From assembly GCA_009836625.1 (NCBI GenBank), contig VXVC01000004.1:641037-705036 (forward strand): a stretch of DNA of 64,000 nucleotides. Direction: 5' to 3'. The notes under the pieces were generated by a model. The model was given only the letters and a program-made list of their open reading frames with translations. It was not told where the DNA came from and did not search any database. Positions 56,783 to 64,000 of this stretch are shown here, one piece after another. This DNA comes from Holophagales bacterium (lineage in GTDB: Bacteria; Acidobacteriota; Thermoanaerobaculia; Multivoradales; Multivoraceae). The translations under genes and the position numbers were made by a program. The first letter of the stretch is position 1; each line of letters begins with the position of its first letter.

Positions 56783-57687
56783 ACTCTCTGCCTCCCGTTG
56801 CCGTTTCTTCCGCTAAGTCGTGCGCTGTCAACTGCATTCACTATCACATCAACCGCGATTTTCGCATCCCCGGCGCCCTGGAACACCCCCCTTGTTGGAG
56901 AAACGTCGGCATAGTCCCTGCCCGCGGCCACGCGGATGTGTCGCTGATCGCTGAACGTCGTGTTCGTTGGGTCGAAGCCGACCCAGCCGGCCCCCGGAAG
57001 CCAGCATTCTACCCAAGCGTGACTGGCGCCCGCCGTCACGCGTTCGCCGGCTCGTCCCGTGTTGTGGAGATAACCCGACACGTAGCGGGAGGGGACGCCC
57101 CAGGAGCGGCCGATGGCGATCATCAGGTGGGCATAGTCCTGGCACACGCCCCGACCCGATTCCAGCAGGTGCTCGATGGGCGAATCGGCCGCCGTGCTGC
57201 CCGGCTCGTACTCGAAGCGCTCGCGGATCCCGTCGGCCAGGCGGACCAGGCTCTCCATCGGACGTTCCTCCGGACGGAAGCCCTCGCTGCGGACGAAGCG
57301 CTCTAGCGCCAGGGACGGCCGCGCGAGCGCGCTGGGTTCGAGGAAGTGCCAGTACTCCGGCAATTGGCGCAGGCTCCGCAACTCCTCCCAGCCGCCGACC
57401 GCTTCCACGCTCGACGTCGCGGCGAGCTCCGCCCTGAACCGGGACGTGATCACGAGTTCCTCGTGCCGCCGATGGACGTTGAGAACGTGGCGGCGGTTGC
57501 CGAAGCAGTCCCGCTCCGGACTGAGGGAGGCGGCCGGGATCGTCTCGATCTCGAATCGCCGCACCCTCTGGCCCGATGTCCGGGCCGGCCGCAGGCAGAG
57601 CAGCAGAACGCAGCCGCGGACGCTGTCCGAGTACGCGTATCTCGTCCGATGCTCGACGTCGTAACGGAGCCGGCGGGTAGACGTCAC
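56779..57687 (-). CDS. Transglutaminase-like family protein (N-terminal Bact_transglu_N + TGc core)
   Basis: N-terminal LRYDVEHRTRYAYS (typical start of the transglutaminase N domain). Catalytic Cys in GRGVCQDYAHLMIAIGRSWGVPSRYVSGY, with downstream His (SHAWVECW) and Asp (GFDPTN). GTG start assumed, overlapping the alpha-E stop (GTGA). The six-frame ORF 56779-58374 is a frame artefact upstream of the start. Confidence 0.75.
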   Translation of the reverse strand: MTSTRRLRYDVEHRTRYAYSDSVRGCVLLLCLRPARTSGQRVRRFEIETIPAASLSPERDCFGNRRHVLNVHRRHEELVITSRFRAELAATSSVEAVGGWEELRSLRQLPEYWHFLEPSALARPSLALERFVRSEGFRPEERPMESLVRLADGIRERFEYEPGSTAADSPIEHLLESGRGVCQDYAHLMIAIGRSWGVPSRYVSGYLHNTGRAGERVTAGASHAWVECWLPGAGWVGFDPTNTTFSDQRHIRVAAGRDYADVSPTRGVFQGAGDAKIAVDVIVNAVDSARLSGRNGNGRQRV

Positions 57688-58646
57688 CGCAGCGGAGAAT
57701 CCTCGATCGCGTAGTCGACGAAGGCGCCGAGCACGGCGTCGTGCAGATCGCGGGCGGATCGATCGACCCGTTCCAGCAGTTCCTCGGGCGCTGAAGCTTC
57801 CGGCCAGTCGTAGAGGATGAGCGCTTCGGCCCGACCGGCCAACCGCCGGGCAGCGGCGTCGGCTTCGACGCCCGGCCCCCCGCCGAGGCCCCCGAGTTCC
57901 GTCGCCGCGGCCTGCACCGTGGCGAGCACGGATCCCGGCAGGGACGGATCGGCGACCAGCAGATCCAGCACCCGGTCCGGCTTCATCTCGATCCCGTGGA
58001 CGCGGCCGTAGGCCTCCAGAGCGTGGTGGGTGCGCAGCATGCTCGCCCAGCCAAGGGTTCGCCGCTCCGTCTGCCGACTCAGGTCGATCTGAGCCAGCAG
58101 CAGGGGCACCGCGAGCTGCGCTCGCTCGATGGCGCGGCCGAGGCGCATGAACCGCCAGGCAGCGCCGCGGTACATCGTCGCGTCCGCGACGCCGACGAAG
58201 TTGTGGATCTCGCTGCGGGTCTGTGCGTAGAAGACCTCCGGCGTCCTCCAGATGTCGACGGCCTCGAGATCCCGAATCCGCAGCCAGGCGGCGTTCAGGC
58301 AGGTCCACATCTCGCCGCTGATGCAATGACGCATCTGGCGGGCGTTCTCGCGCCCGCTCGCTATGGCGCTCCACACCGAATCAGGGTTCGAACGCTCGAA
58401 GGTCAGGTCGTCCGCCAGGGTGAAGGAGTCCGCCAGGGCGAACTCGTCCGCCTCCGGCAGGAACTGCTCGCCCGGTGGCGGCAACCGCTTCATGCAACGG
58501 TAGATCCGTTTCCAGCCGAAGTGGATCTCCTCGACCGAACGGTCGACCAGAAACTGCACCTGCAACTCCAGCAGGCGGCTCAGATAGCCGGCCCTGGCCA
58601 GGTACCGGGCCATCCAGTAGACGCCCTGGGCGCTGCGCGCGAGCAT
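57684..58646 (-). CDS. Alpha-E domain protein (DUF403)
   Basis: 320-aa all-helical protein beginning MLARSAQGVYWMARYLARAGYLSRLLE (canonical alpha-E N-terminus). Always found 3' of a circularly permuted ATP-grasp gene. The start codon shares 1 nt with the ATP-grasp stop. Confidence 0.75.
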   Translation of the reverse strand: MLARSAQGVYWMARYLARAGYLSRLLELQVQFLVDRSVEEIHFGWKRIYRCMKRLPPPGEQFLPEADEFALADSFTLADDLTFERSNPDSVWSAIASGRENARQMRHCISGEMWTCLNAAWLRIRDLEAVDIWRTPEVFYAQTRSEIHNFVGVADATMYRGAAWRFMRLGRAIERAQLAVPLLLAQIDLSRQTERRTLGWASMLRTHHALEAYGRVHGIEMKPDRVLDLLVADPSLPGSVLATVQAAATELGGLGGGPGVEADAAARRLAGRAEALILYDWPEASAPEELLERVDRSARDLHDAVLGAFVDYAIEDSPLR

Positions 58647-60088
58647 CAGAGGTCGACCACCCAGAGGTCCTTGCCGCCGCCGCCCTGGCTCGAATTCACG
58701 ACCAGGCTGCCCCTTCGCAGGGCGACCCGGCAGAACGCCCCGGGTACGATGCGGGTCTCGTTCCCGGTCAGCACGAAGGGCCGGAGATCGACGTGGCGCG
58801 GCTCCGCGTGGCCGTCGATCAGGCAGGGCGACCGCGACAGCGCCAGGGTGGGCTGCGAAATGAAGTCCGCGGGATCGGCCTGGAGCGTCTTCGCGTACTC
58901 GTCCCGCTCTTCCGGCGTCGAGTGCGGACCGACCAGCATGCCGTAGCCACCCGACTCGCCGACCCGCTTGACCACCAGGCGCTCCAGGTTGTCCAGCGTG
59001 TACTCGAGATCCTCCGGCCGCCGGCAGAGGCGGGTGTCGACGTTCTGGAGCAGGGGCTCCTCGCCCAGGTAGTAGCGCACCATGTCGGGCACGTAGGCGT
59101 AGACGCTCTTGTCGTCGGCCACGCCCGTTCCCGGAGCGTTGGCCAGGGCCACGTTGCCGCGCTTGAACGCGTTCATCAGGCCCGGAACGCCCAGCAAGGA
59201 GTCCTCGCGGAAGACGAGCGGGTCGAGGAAATCGTCGTCCACGCGTCGGTAGATCACGTCGACGCGCCGGAGGCCGGAAGTCGTCCGCATGTAGACGAAC
59301 CCGTCGTTGACCAGCAGGTCCTGCCCTTCGACGAGTTCGGCGCCGATCTCGTGAGCCAGGAACATGTGCTCGTAGAACGCCGAGTTGTAGGTGCCGGGAG
59401 TGAGCAAAGCCAGGCACGGATCCGGGCGGCCGCCGGGCGACAGCTCGCAGAGGGTCTGCCGCAACAGGCTGCCGTACTGCTCGACGTCCTGAACCCGGGA
59501 ACGCCGGTAGAGCCGGCGAAGGCCGGCCTTCACCGCCTTGCGATTCGCGATCATGTACGACACGCCCGAGGGCACGCGCAGGTTGTCCTCCAGCACCATG
59601 AAGCCCTCGTGCGTACGGACGATGTCCGTGCCGCAGATCGTCACCCAGACATCATTGGGCACATTGACTCCGCGCATCGCCAGCCGGTACTGCGGGCAGC
59701 CGAGGATGACGTCGGCGGGAATCACGCCGTCCCTGACGACGCGGCAGTCGCCGTAGACGTCGGCGAGGAACAGGTTGAGCGTCCGGATCCGCTGCACCAG
59801 ACCGGCTTCGAGTTCCCGCCACTCCGCCAGGGCGAGCAGGCGCGGCACGCAGTCGATCGGGATGATCCGTTCCTCCGCCTCCTCGTCGCCGTAGACGGTG
59901 AAGGTGATCCCCTCCTGGGAGAACGAGCGCGTCACCCGTTCCTGGATCGTGTTCAGGTCGTCGTCGGGCAGTTCCCTGAGCGCCTCGACGACCGCCCGGC
60001 AGTGATCGCGAGGCTCTCCCTCCCCGACGAACATCTCGTCGTAGATCGCAGGATCGAAGTCGTAGAGGCTGAAGTCCACCGGACCCAC
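58646..60088 (-). CDS. Circularly permuted type-2 ATP-grasp protein
   Basis: 480 aa with conserved CP-ATP-grasp blocks (GITFTVYG, RIIPIDCVPR, GTYNSAFYEHMFLAHEIGAELVEG, YRRVDDDFLDP, VALANAPGTGVADDKSVYAYVPDMV). GTG start; first gene of the array. Confidence 0.8.
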   Translation of the reverse strand: MGPVDFSLYDFDPAIYDEMFVGEGEPRDHCRAVVEALRELPDDDLNTIQERVTRSFSQEGITFTVYGDEEAEERIIPIDCVPRLLALAEWRELEAGLVQRIRTLNLFLADVYGDCRVVRDGVIPADVILGCPQYRLAMRGVNVPNDVWVTICGTDIVRTHEGFMVLEDNLRVPSGVSYMIANRKAVKAGLRRLYRRSRVQDVEQYGSLLRQTLCELSPGGRPDPCLALLTPGTYNSAFYEHMFLAHEIGAELVEGQDLLVNDGFVYMRTTSGLRRVDVIYRRVDDDFLDPLVFREDSLLGVPGLMNAFKRGNVALANAPGTGVADDKSVYAYVPDMVRYYLGEEPLLQNVDTRLCRRPEDLEYTLDNLERLVVKRVGESGGYGMLVGPHSTPEERDEYAKTLQADPADFISQPTLALSRSPCLIDGHAEPRHVDLRPFVLTGNETRIVPGAFCRVALRRGSLVVNSSQGGGGKDLWVVDL

Positions 60089-60285
60089 TCGAGCGGTTTG
60101 CCGAACGGGCGTATCCTACAGGTACAGAAAGAGTAAGCCCTCCTGCCGAAGGTTGCGGGCAGACTGGGGCGACCGGCCGCTTGGACGCCGCGGCCCTCCG
60201 CCCCGTATCATCCTGTAAGCCGCCGGCGAAGCGCCCCCCAAGACCCGCCGCGGTCGGACCTCAATTCACATCAAGGAGCACGAAG
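60089..60285. promoter_or_regulatory. Divergent promoter region between the 11-gene minus-strand array and the pilin-like gene
   Basis: This is the only sizeable non-coding gap flanking the array. It contains a locally AT-richer stretch (ACAGGTACAGAAAGAGTAAG) and RBS AAGGAG 8 nt before the pilin-like ATG. No -35/-10 could be assigned with confidence. Confidence 0.4.
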
Positions 60286-60861
60286 ATGACCGGAGCGCGC
60301 TCCCACAGCCGGCAAGCCGGCTTCACCCTGATCGAACTCCTGATCGTCGTGGCGATCATCGGCATCATCTCCGCGCTGCTGGTGCCGAACCTGATGACCG
60401 GGCTGCAGAACGCCAACCAGACCCGTACCCAGGCCGACATGAAGGCCGTGGGCTCCGCCTGGATGCAGTGGCTGACCGACCAGGTCAGCGCCGCCGCCGC
60501 CGGCTCGAGCACGACCGCCACGTTCAGTTGGAGCGAGTTCACCTATCCCGACTTCTCCCACGCGGACCTCTCCGCCCTGCTCCGTCCGTCGAACACGTTC
60601 TTCTACCTGCAGGACGTGCCCGAACGAGACGGCTGGAACAACCCCTACCGGTTCGGCTTCGCCGGTTCGGACCAGCTGCTCGGCACCCAGGTCATCGGCA
60701 TCTGGAGCGGCGGGCGCGACGGCTCGAACACCGAGCAGCCGCAATCCACCTACGAGATCGGCGCGTTCCGCGGTACCGACTTCAACGAGGACCTGGTCTG
60801 GGCCGATGGCTACTGGGTGCGCTGGCCGGGCAGCGCCGCGGAAGCCGGCACGGACGAGTAG
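60286..60861 (+). CDS. Prepilin-type N-terminal cleavage/methylation domain protein (type IV pilin / T2SS pseudopilin-like), orphan
   Basis: Leader MTGARSHSRQAG followed by FTLIELLIVVAIIGIISALLVP (class III signal peptide with Glu at +5). No pilus or secretion ATPase genes are nearby. Confidence 0.75.
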   Translation: MTGARSHSRQAGFTLIELLIVVAIIGIISALLVPNLMTGLQNANQTRTQADMKAVGSAWMQWLTDQVSAAAAGSSTTATFSWSEFTYPDFSHADLSALLRPSNTFFYLQDVPERDGWNNPYRFGFAGSDQLLGTQVIGIWSGGRDGSNTEQPQSTYEIGAFRGTDFNEDLVWADGYWVRWPGSAAEAGTDE

Positions 60862-60872
60862 TCAGCCTGTAA

Positions 60873-60894
60873 CCGCGGGTCCTCTGACCCGCGG
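60873..60894. terminator. Hairpin (9-bp stem CCGCGGGTC / GACCCGCGG, loop CTCT) between convergent genes; possible bidirectional terminator
   Basis: Read directly; 11 nt after the pilin-like stop. No T-tract, so Rho-independent function is uncertain. Confidence 0.4.
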
Positions 60895-60921
60895 AGAACA
60901 CGCGCCGCGAAGCGGCGACCT

Positions 60922-61794
60922 CTAAATCTGCGAAAACGCGGTCGGACGCAGGAACACGTTCTCGATCCGCGAGACGGTTCCCTTGTAGTAGTCCATGTCG
61001 CGCATCCGGATCCACTCCGGGTGACCGCCGAACGCCTGCCAGTGCTCGCGGTGCGCTTCCATGTCGGATGCGGACAGGATGTAGACGAGGGCCGGCACGT
61101 CCTCGCCGACCAGGAGTTCGGCAAACAGCAGGGGCGCCATCTCGACGTCCCGCATGATGTCGATCTCACCGTTGTCGAACATGTGGACCTTGCGGCGGGC
61201 CGTCTCCTCGTTGTGGCTCTCGTACAGGCGCAGTTCGAAGATCCGGTCCTCTCCGGCCACGGTCTGGGGCGGCAGTGCCATCACCGGCATCCCTTTGAAG
61301 GCGCGCAGGAACCAGCTCTCCATCCGCTCGTAGATCGGCTCCTGTCTCGGGGTCGCGTACATCGGCGCGGCGGCCTCCAGGTACGCGGCGTCGGCCTCGA
61401 GCGCCGGCTTCATCGCCGTGAAGTCCTCGACCGTCGGGAACGCGATGATCGCCCACAGGGAAAGCGCATCCACCGGATCGACCGGCTCGTCCGCCTCGGC
61501 GGGGGGCTCGACTCCGAACACGCCCACCCGGTCGATCCCGGCCCGGTTGAGCGCCGGCACCAGGGCGTTCTCCAGGTAGGCGAGGACGGTCTGCCGGCTG
61601 TCCTCGTCGGCCAGGCGGTAACGGCGGATCTCGTAGTACTCCCGCGCCGGCTCGCTGTCCGCCGCGGCCTGATCGGCGGGTGCGGCATCCGCCACCGGCG
61701 CTTCGGCCGGTGCGCAGGCCAGGATCAGGACGGCCGCCGCGGCAACAGTCAGGAAGGCCGGAAGGGAATGCCTGGTTTTCTGTGTCATCGACAT
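60922..61794 (-). CDS. NIPSNAP-family protein (tandem NIPSNAP domains), lipoprotein
   Basis: Lipobox ILACAP. Two dimeric alpha/beta-barrel NIPSNAP repeats (YYEIRRYRL... and IFELRLYESHNEETARRKVHMFDNGEIDIMRD). Confidence 0.7.
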   Translation of the reverse strand: MSMTQKTRHSLPAFLTVAAAAVLILACAPAEAPVADAAPADQAAADSEPAREYYEIRRYRLADEDSRQTVLAYLENALVPALNRAGIDRVGVFGVEPPAEADEPVDPVDALSLWAIIAFPTVEDFTAMKPALEADAAYLEAAAPMYATPRQEPIYERMESWFLRAFKGMPVMALPPQTVAGEDRIFELRLYESHNEETARRKVHMFDNGEIDIMRDVEMAPLLFAELLVGEDVPALVYILSASDMEAHREHWQAFGGHPEWIRMRDMDYYKGTVSRIENVFLRPTAFSQI

Positions 61795-61816
61795 GCTGCG
61801 ATCTCCTGTGGCGTCC

Positions 61817-62749
61817 TCACTGCCTGGCCAGCAGCCAGGCGCGCATCGTGTTCGAGACGAGGTCCGCGGCCTCCAACTGAACCCAGTGGCCGACCGTCGG
61901 AACCGTGACCAGGGTGTAGTCGCGGTCGACCCAGTCCCAAGTGTTCTTGAGTCCGTCCTTGTCCACCGCCGTGTCCTTCAGTCCGTGAAACTGAAGGACC
62001 GGCATCTTGAGGTTCGGCAGCTCGCCTCCCGCCGCGACACCGCCGTAGTTCGCCCGGTAGTAGTTCAGCATGCCGTCCCAGTAGGAGCGGGAGAACGCCT
62101 CGCGGTAGTGGCCGGCCACCCTCTCGCCCTCGCTCTCGTAACGGCCGAGCAGCCCCTCCGGCACCGGGCTGCCGTCCGGCTCGGACGACGCGAAGCTGCG
62201 GGCGTACTGCACGTTGCGACGCTGCTCCTCGGTCGCGTTCGCAATTACGTTCGCATAGCCGCGGGGGTGGGTGAGGTTCATGATGATCAGCCGCTTGATC
62301 TTGTCCGGATTCTCGATCGCGAACCGCCACGCGATGGCACCGCCCCAGTCGTGGCCGACCAGGTTGATCGGCGCGCCGAGATCCTCGACCACGGCCGCCA
62401 CGTCTGCCAGCAGATGAGGCATGGCGTAGTCCTCGACCCGCTTCGGCTGGTCGCTCCGGTTGTAACCGCGAAGGTCCATTGCCGCCGCGCGGAAGTCTCC
62501 CTCGAGTGCCGCCATCTGGTGGCGGTAGCTGTACCAGATGTCGGGAAAGCCGTGGATGAAGAGGACCGGCTCACCCTCTCCGAGGGTGACGTAGTGGATG
62601 CCAACGTCGCCGTTCTTCACCGTGTGGTGTTCGACCCGGTCCCAGACGTCCGCGTTGGAATCGTCCGCAGCGAGTCCGACGGGAAAGACCGCGGCCGCGA
62701 GCAACAACGCCGCGCAACGAACCGAACGCCTGCGAGCTTCGATCAACAT
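61817..62749 (-). CDS. Alpha/beta hydrolase (epoxide-hydrolase / haloalkane-dehalogenase-like fold), secreted
   Basis: Signal peptide. HGFP oxyanion motif (VLFIHGFPDIWYSY), nucleophile elbow VGHDWGG (Asp nucleophile type), and the C-terminal catalytic His in PTVGHWVQ. The real start is internal to the six-frame ORF 61817-63205. Confidence 0.75.
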   Translation of the reverse strand: MLIEARRRSVRCAALLLAAAVFPVGLAADDSNADVWDRVEHHTVKNGDVGIHYVTLGEGEPVLFIHGFPDIWYSYRHQMAALEGDFRAAAMDLRGYNRSDQPKRVEDYAMPHLLADVAAVVEDLGAPINLVGHDWGGAIAWRFAIENPDKIKRLIIMNLTHPRGYANVIANATEEQRRNVQYARSFASSEPDGSPVPEGLLGRYESEGERVAGHYREAFSRSYWDGMLNYYRANYGGVAAGGELPNLKMPVLQFHGLKDTAVDKDGLKNTWDWVDRDYTLVTVPTVGHWVQLEAADLVSNTMRAWLLARQ

Positions 62750-62874
62750 TGCGACTCTCCTCCCAGCATCAATCAGCCCCGGCAGTCCCGAGGCGTTGAT
62801 CAAGTTCACGTTCCGACCTCCTGGAGTTGAGCGCGCCATCGTAGCAGCGTCACCCGCGCACCGGCAGGACGGAG

Positions 62875-63393
62875 CTAGGGCGCTCCTCCTTCTTCCGCGG
62901 AAGACGCCTCTTCCCCGGGAGGAAGGGCCTCGGTCGGCGGATCGTCGAAGCGCTTGTAGTTCCTCCCGTAGTCCGGCCGCGTGCGGCGATGGCATACGAC
63001 GCAGGACATGTAGACCTGCTCGTTCAAGGCGATCAGCGCGTCCAGGTCCTGCTCGAGGGCTGCCTCGTAGGCCGCGACGCCCGCATCGAACATCAGACGG
63101 GCGTCGCGCATCCACTCGTCGCGGTCGCCGATCACGCGGCTCGGCATCATGATCAGATTGGCCGACTCGGCGAGGAGGAGCGCCTGCGCCTGCAGCTCGT
63201 TCCACTCGACCTCGTTGGTCGGGGCCCGACTCTCGACGTAGAGGATGGCGTCGGAGGCCGGATACATGAGCTTGATCATCAGTTCGCTCATCGTTCCGAT
63301 CGGTTCCGGCTCGGGAACCGGTCCATCGTCCCGCGCGGCCGCCGCGGCCGCGAGGCCGGCAACGAGCGCGGCGACTACGATCTTTCGGGCCAT
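62875..63393 (-). CDS. Class II c-type cytochrome (cytochrome c'/c-556-like four-helix bundle), periplasmic
   Basis: Signal peptide. Single C-terminal heme site CVVCHRR, with helical sequence upstream. Confidence 0.55.
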   Translation of the reverse strand: MARKIVVAALVAGLAAAAAARDDGPVPEPEPIGTMSELMIKLMYPASDAILYVESRAPTNEVEWNELQAQALLLAESANLIMMPSRVIGDRDEWMRDARLMFDAGVAAYEAALEQDLDALIALNEQVYMSCVVCHRRTRPDYGRNYKRFDDPPTEALPPGEEASSAEEGGAP

Positions 63394-63467
63394 GAAGTCT
63401 CCCCCTTCAGGGCTATGATGGCACGACCCGACCGGCCAGGTAACGACCCGGAGATGGAACCCCAGCC

Positions 63468-64000
63468 ATGAAGCACAACCTACTCTGCACCTCGGTCTGC
63501 CTGCTCACGCTCTCCGCCTGCGCGCAGGAGGACGCCACGTTACGTCCGGGAGACAACGACCACCGGACGCTCCAGGAGGCGCTGCTGACGGCCGAGCCCG
63601 GGGCGGTCATCGAGCTCGCGGCCGGACACTTCGAACTCGACGCCACCCTGTCCCTGGACGTCGAAGGCGTGACCCTCCGCGGCCAGGGCATGGACGAGAC
63701 GATTCTCGACTTCTCGTCGCAGGCCCCGGGGACAGGCGGCGAAGGGATCCTCGCCACCGCCGACGACTTCACGGTCGAGAACCTAGCGGTCGAGAACACG
63801 AGGGGCGACGGCATCAAGGTGGAGGGCACCACCGGTGCCGCCTTCCGGAGTGTCCGGGTCGAATGGACGAACGGACCCGACACGAACAACGGCGCCTACG
63901 GGCTCTATCCGGTCCAGGTCACGAACGTTCTGATCGAGAACAGCCAGGTGCGCGGCGCCTCGGACGCCGGCATCTACGTCGGCCAGTCCGCCAACGTCGT
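63468..64000 (+). CDS. Right-handed parallel beta-helix repeat lipoprotein (NosD/pectate-lyase-like); 3' end outside the window
   Basis: Lipobox LLTLSACA. Repeats of the DGIKVEG / AYGLYPVQ / DAGIYVGQS type. The frame remains open to the window end. Confidence 0.6.
   Translation, partial: MKHNLLCTSVCLLTLSACAQEDATLRPGDNDHRTLQEALLTAEPGAVIELAAGHFELDATLSLDVEGVTLRGQGMDETILDFSSQAPGTGGEGILATADDFTVENLAVENTRGDGIKVEGTTGAAFRSVRVEWTNGPDTNNGAYGLYPVQVTNVLIENSQVRGASDAGIYVGQSANV

Overview
The 64 kb window is about 70% GC and densely coded. I call about 48 protein-coding genes and no rRNA, CRISPR array, transposase or integrase; I also saw no tRNA, although tRNAs cannot be fully excluded by eye. Several gene families point to an Acidobacteria-like (or related) genome, which is an inference from the sequence. 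These are large outer-membrane TonB-dependent-receptor-like proteins with an N-terminal carboxypeptidase-regulatory domain, ~1000-aa proteins ending in a von Willebrand factor A (VWA) domain, an ~790-aa duplicated-FtsX ABC permease that lacks its own ATPase, CRTAC1/ASPIC-UnbV proteins, and a DUF1549/DUF1553 + DUF1501 pair.

Gene content runs as follows. Coordinates 1-9840 hold three tandem paralogous TonB-receptor-like genes, each with its own sigma70-like promoter and a conserved UUCG-tetraloop terminator repeat. Next come a CRTAC1-like FG-GAP/ASPIC protein coupled to a TPR lipoprotein, purU, and the DUF1549/DUF1553 + DUF1501 pair. A structured inverted-repeat element sits at 18166-18342, followed by two tandem ~1000-aa VWA paralogs. 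Then follow a PQQ dehydrogenase coupled to a fumarylacetoacetate-hydrolase-family gene, an M20 peptidase with a carboxylesterase, a membrane-anchored diheme cytochrome c, serC, a molybdopterin oxidoreductase, glpQ, a predicted aminopeptidase, and a dicarboxylate/amino-acid symporter with a YbdK-type carboxylate-amine ligase. After these come an F420-type luciferase-like (LLM) oxidoreductase, an Eis-like GNAT acetyltransferase, and an MFS(GPH)-Rieske oxygenase-LLM oxidoreductase operon.

The most striking feature is an ~13 kb minus-strand array (60088 down to 47102) of 11 genes. Eight of its ten junctions have overlapping stop/start codons, one has a 4-nt gap, and only two have gaps of 15 and 21 nt. 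In transcription order it encodes a circularly permuted ATP-grasp protein, an alpha-E protein, a transglutaminase, a STAS anti-sigma-antagonist, a receiver-PP2C phosphatase, an RsbW-like kinase, a periplasmic binding protein, a sensor histidine kinase, an ABC ATPase, the duplicated-FtsX permease and a membrane-fusion protein. No sigma factor or outer-membrane channel is encoded in it. I regard this as a candidate undescribed peptide-modification/export system under partner-switching control.

The many long ORFs antisense to real genes are compositional artefacts of the high GC content.
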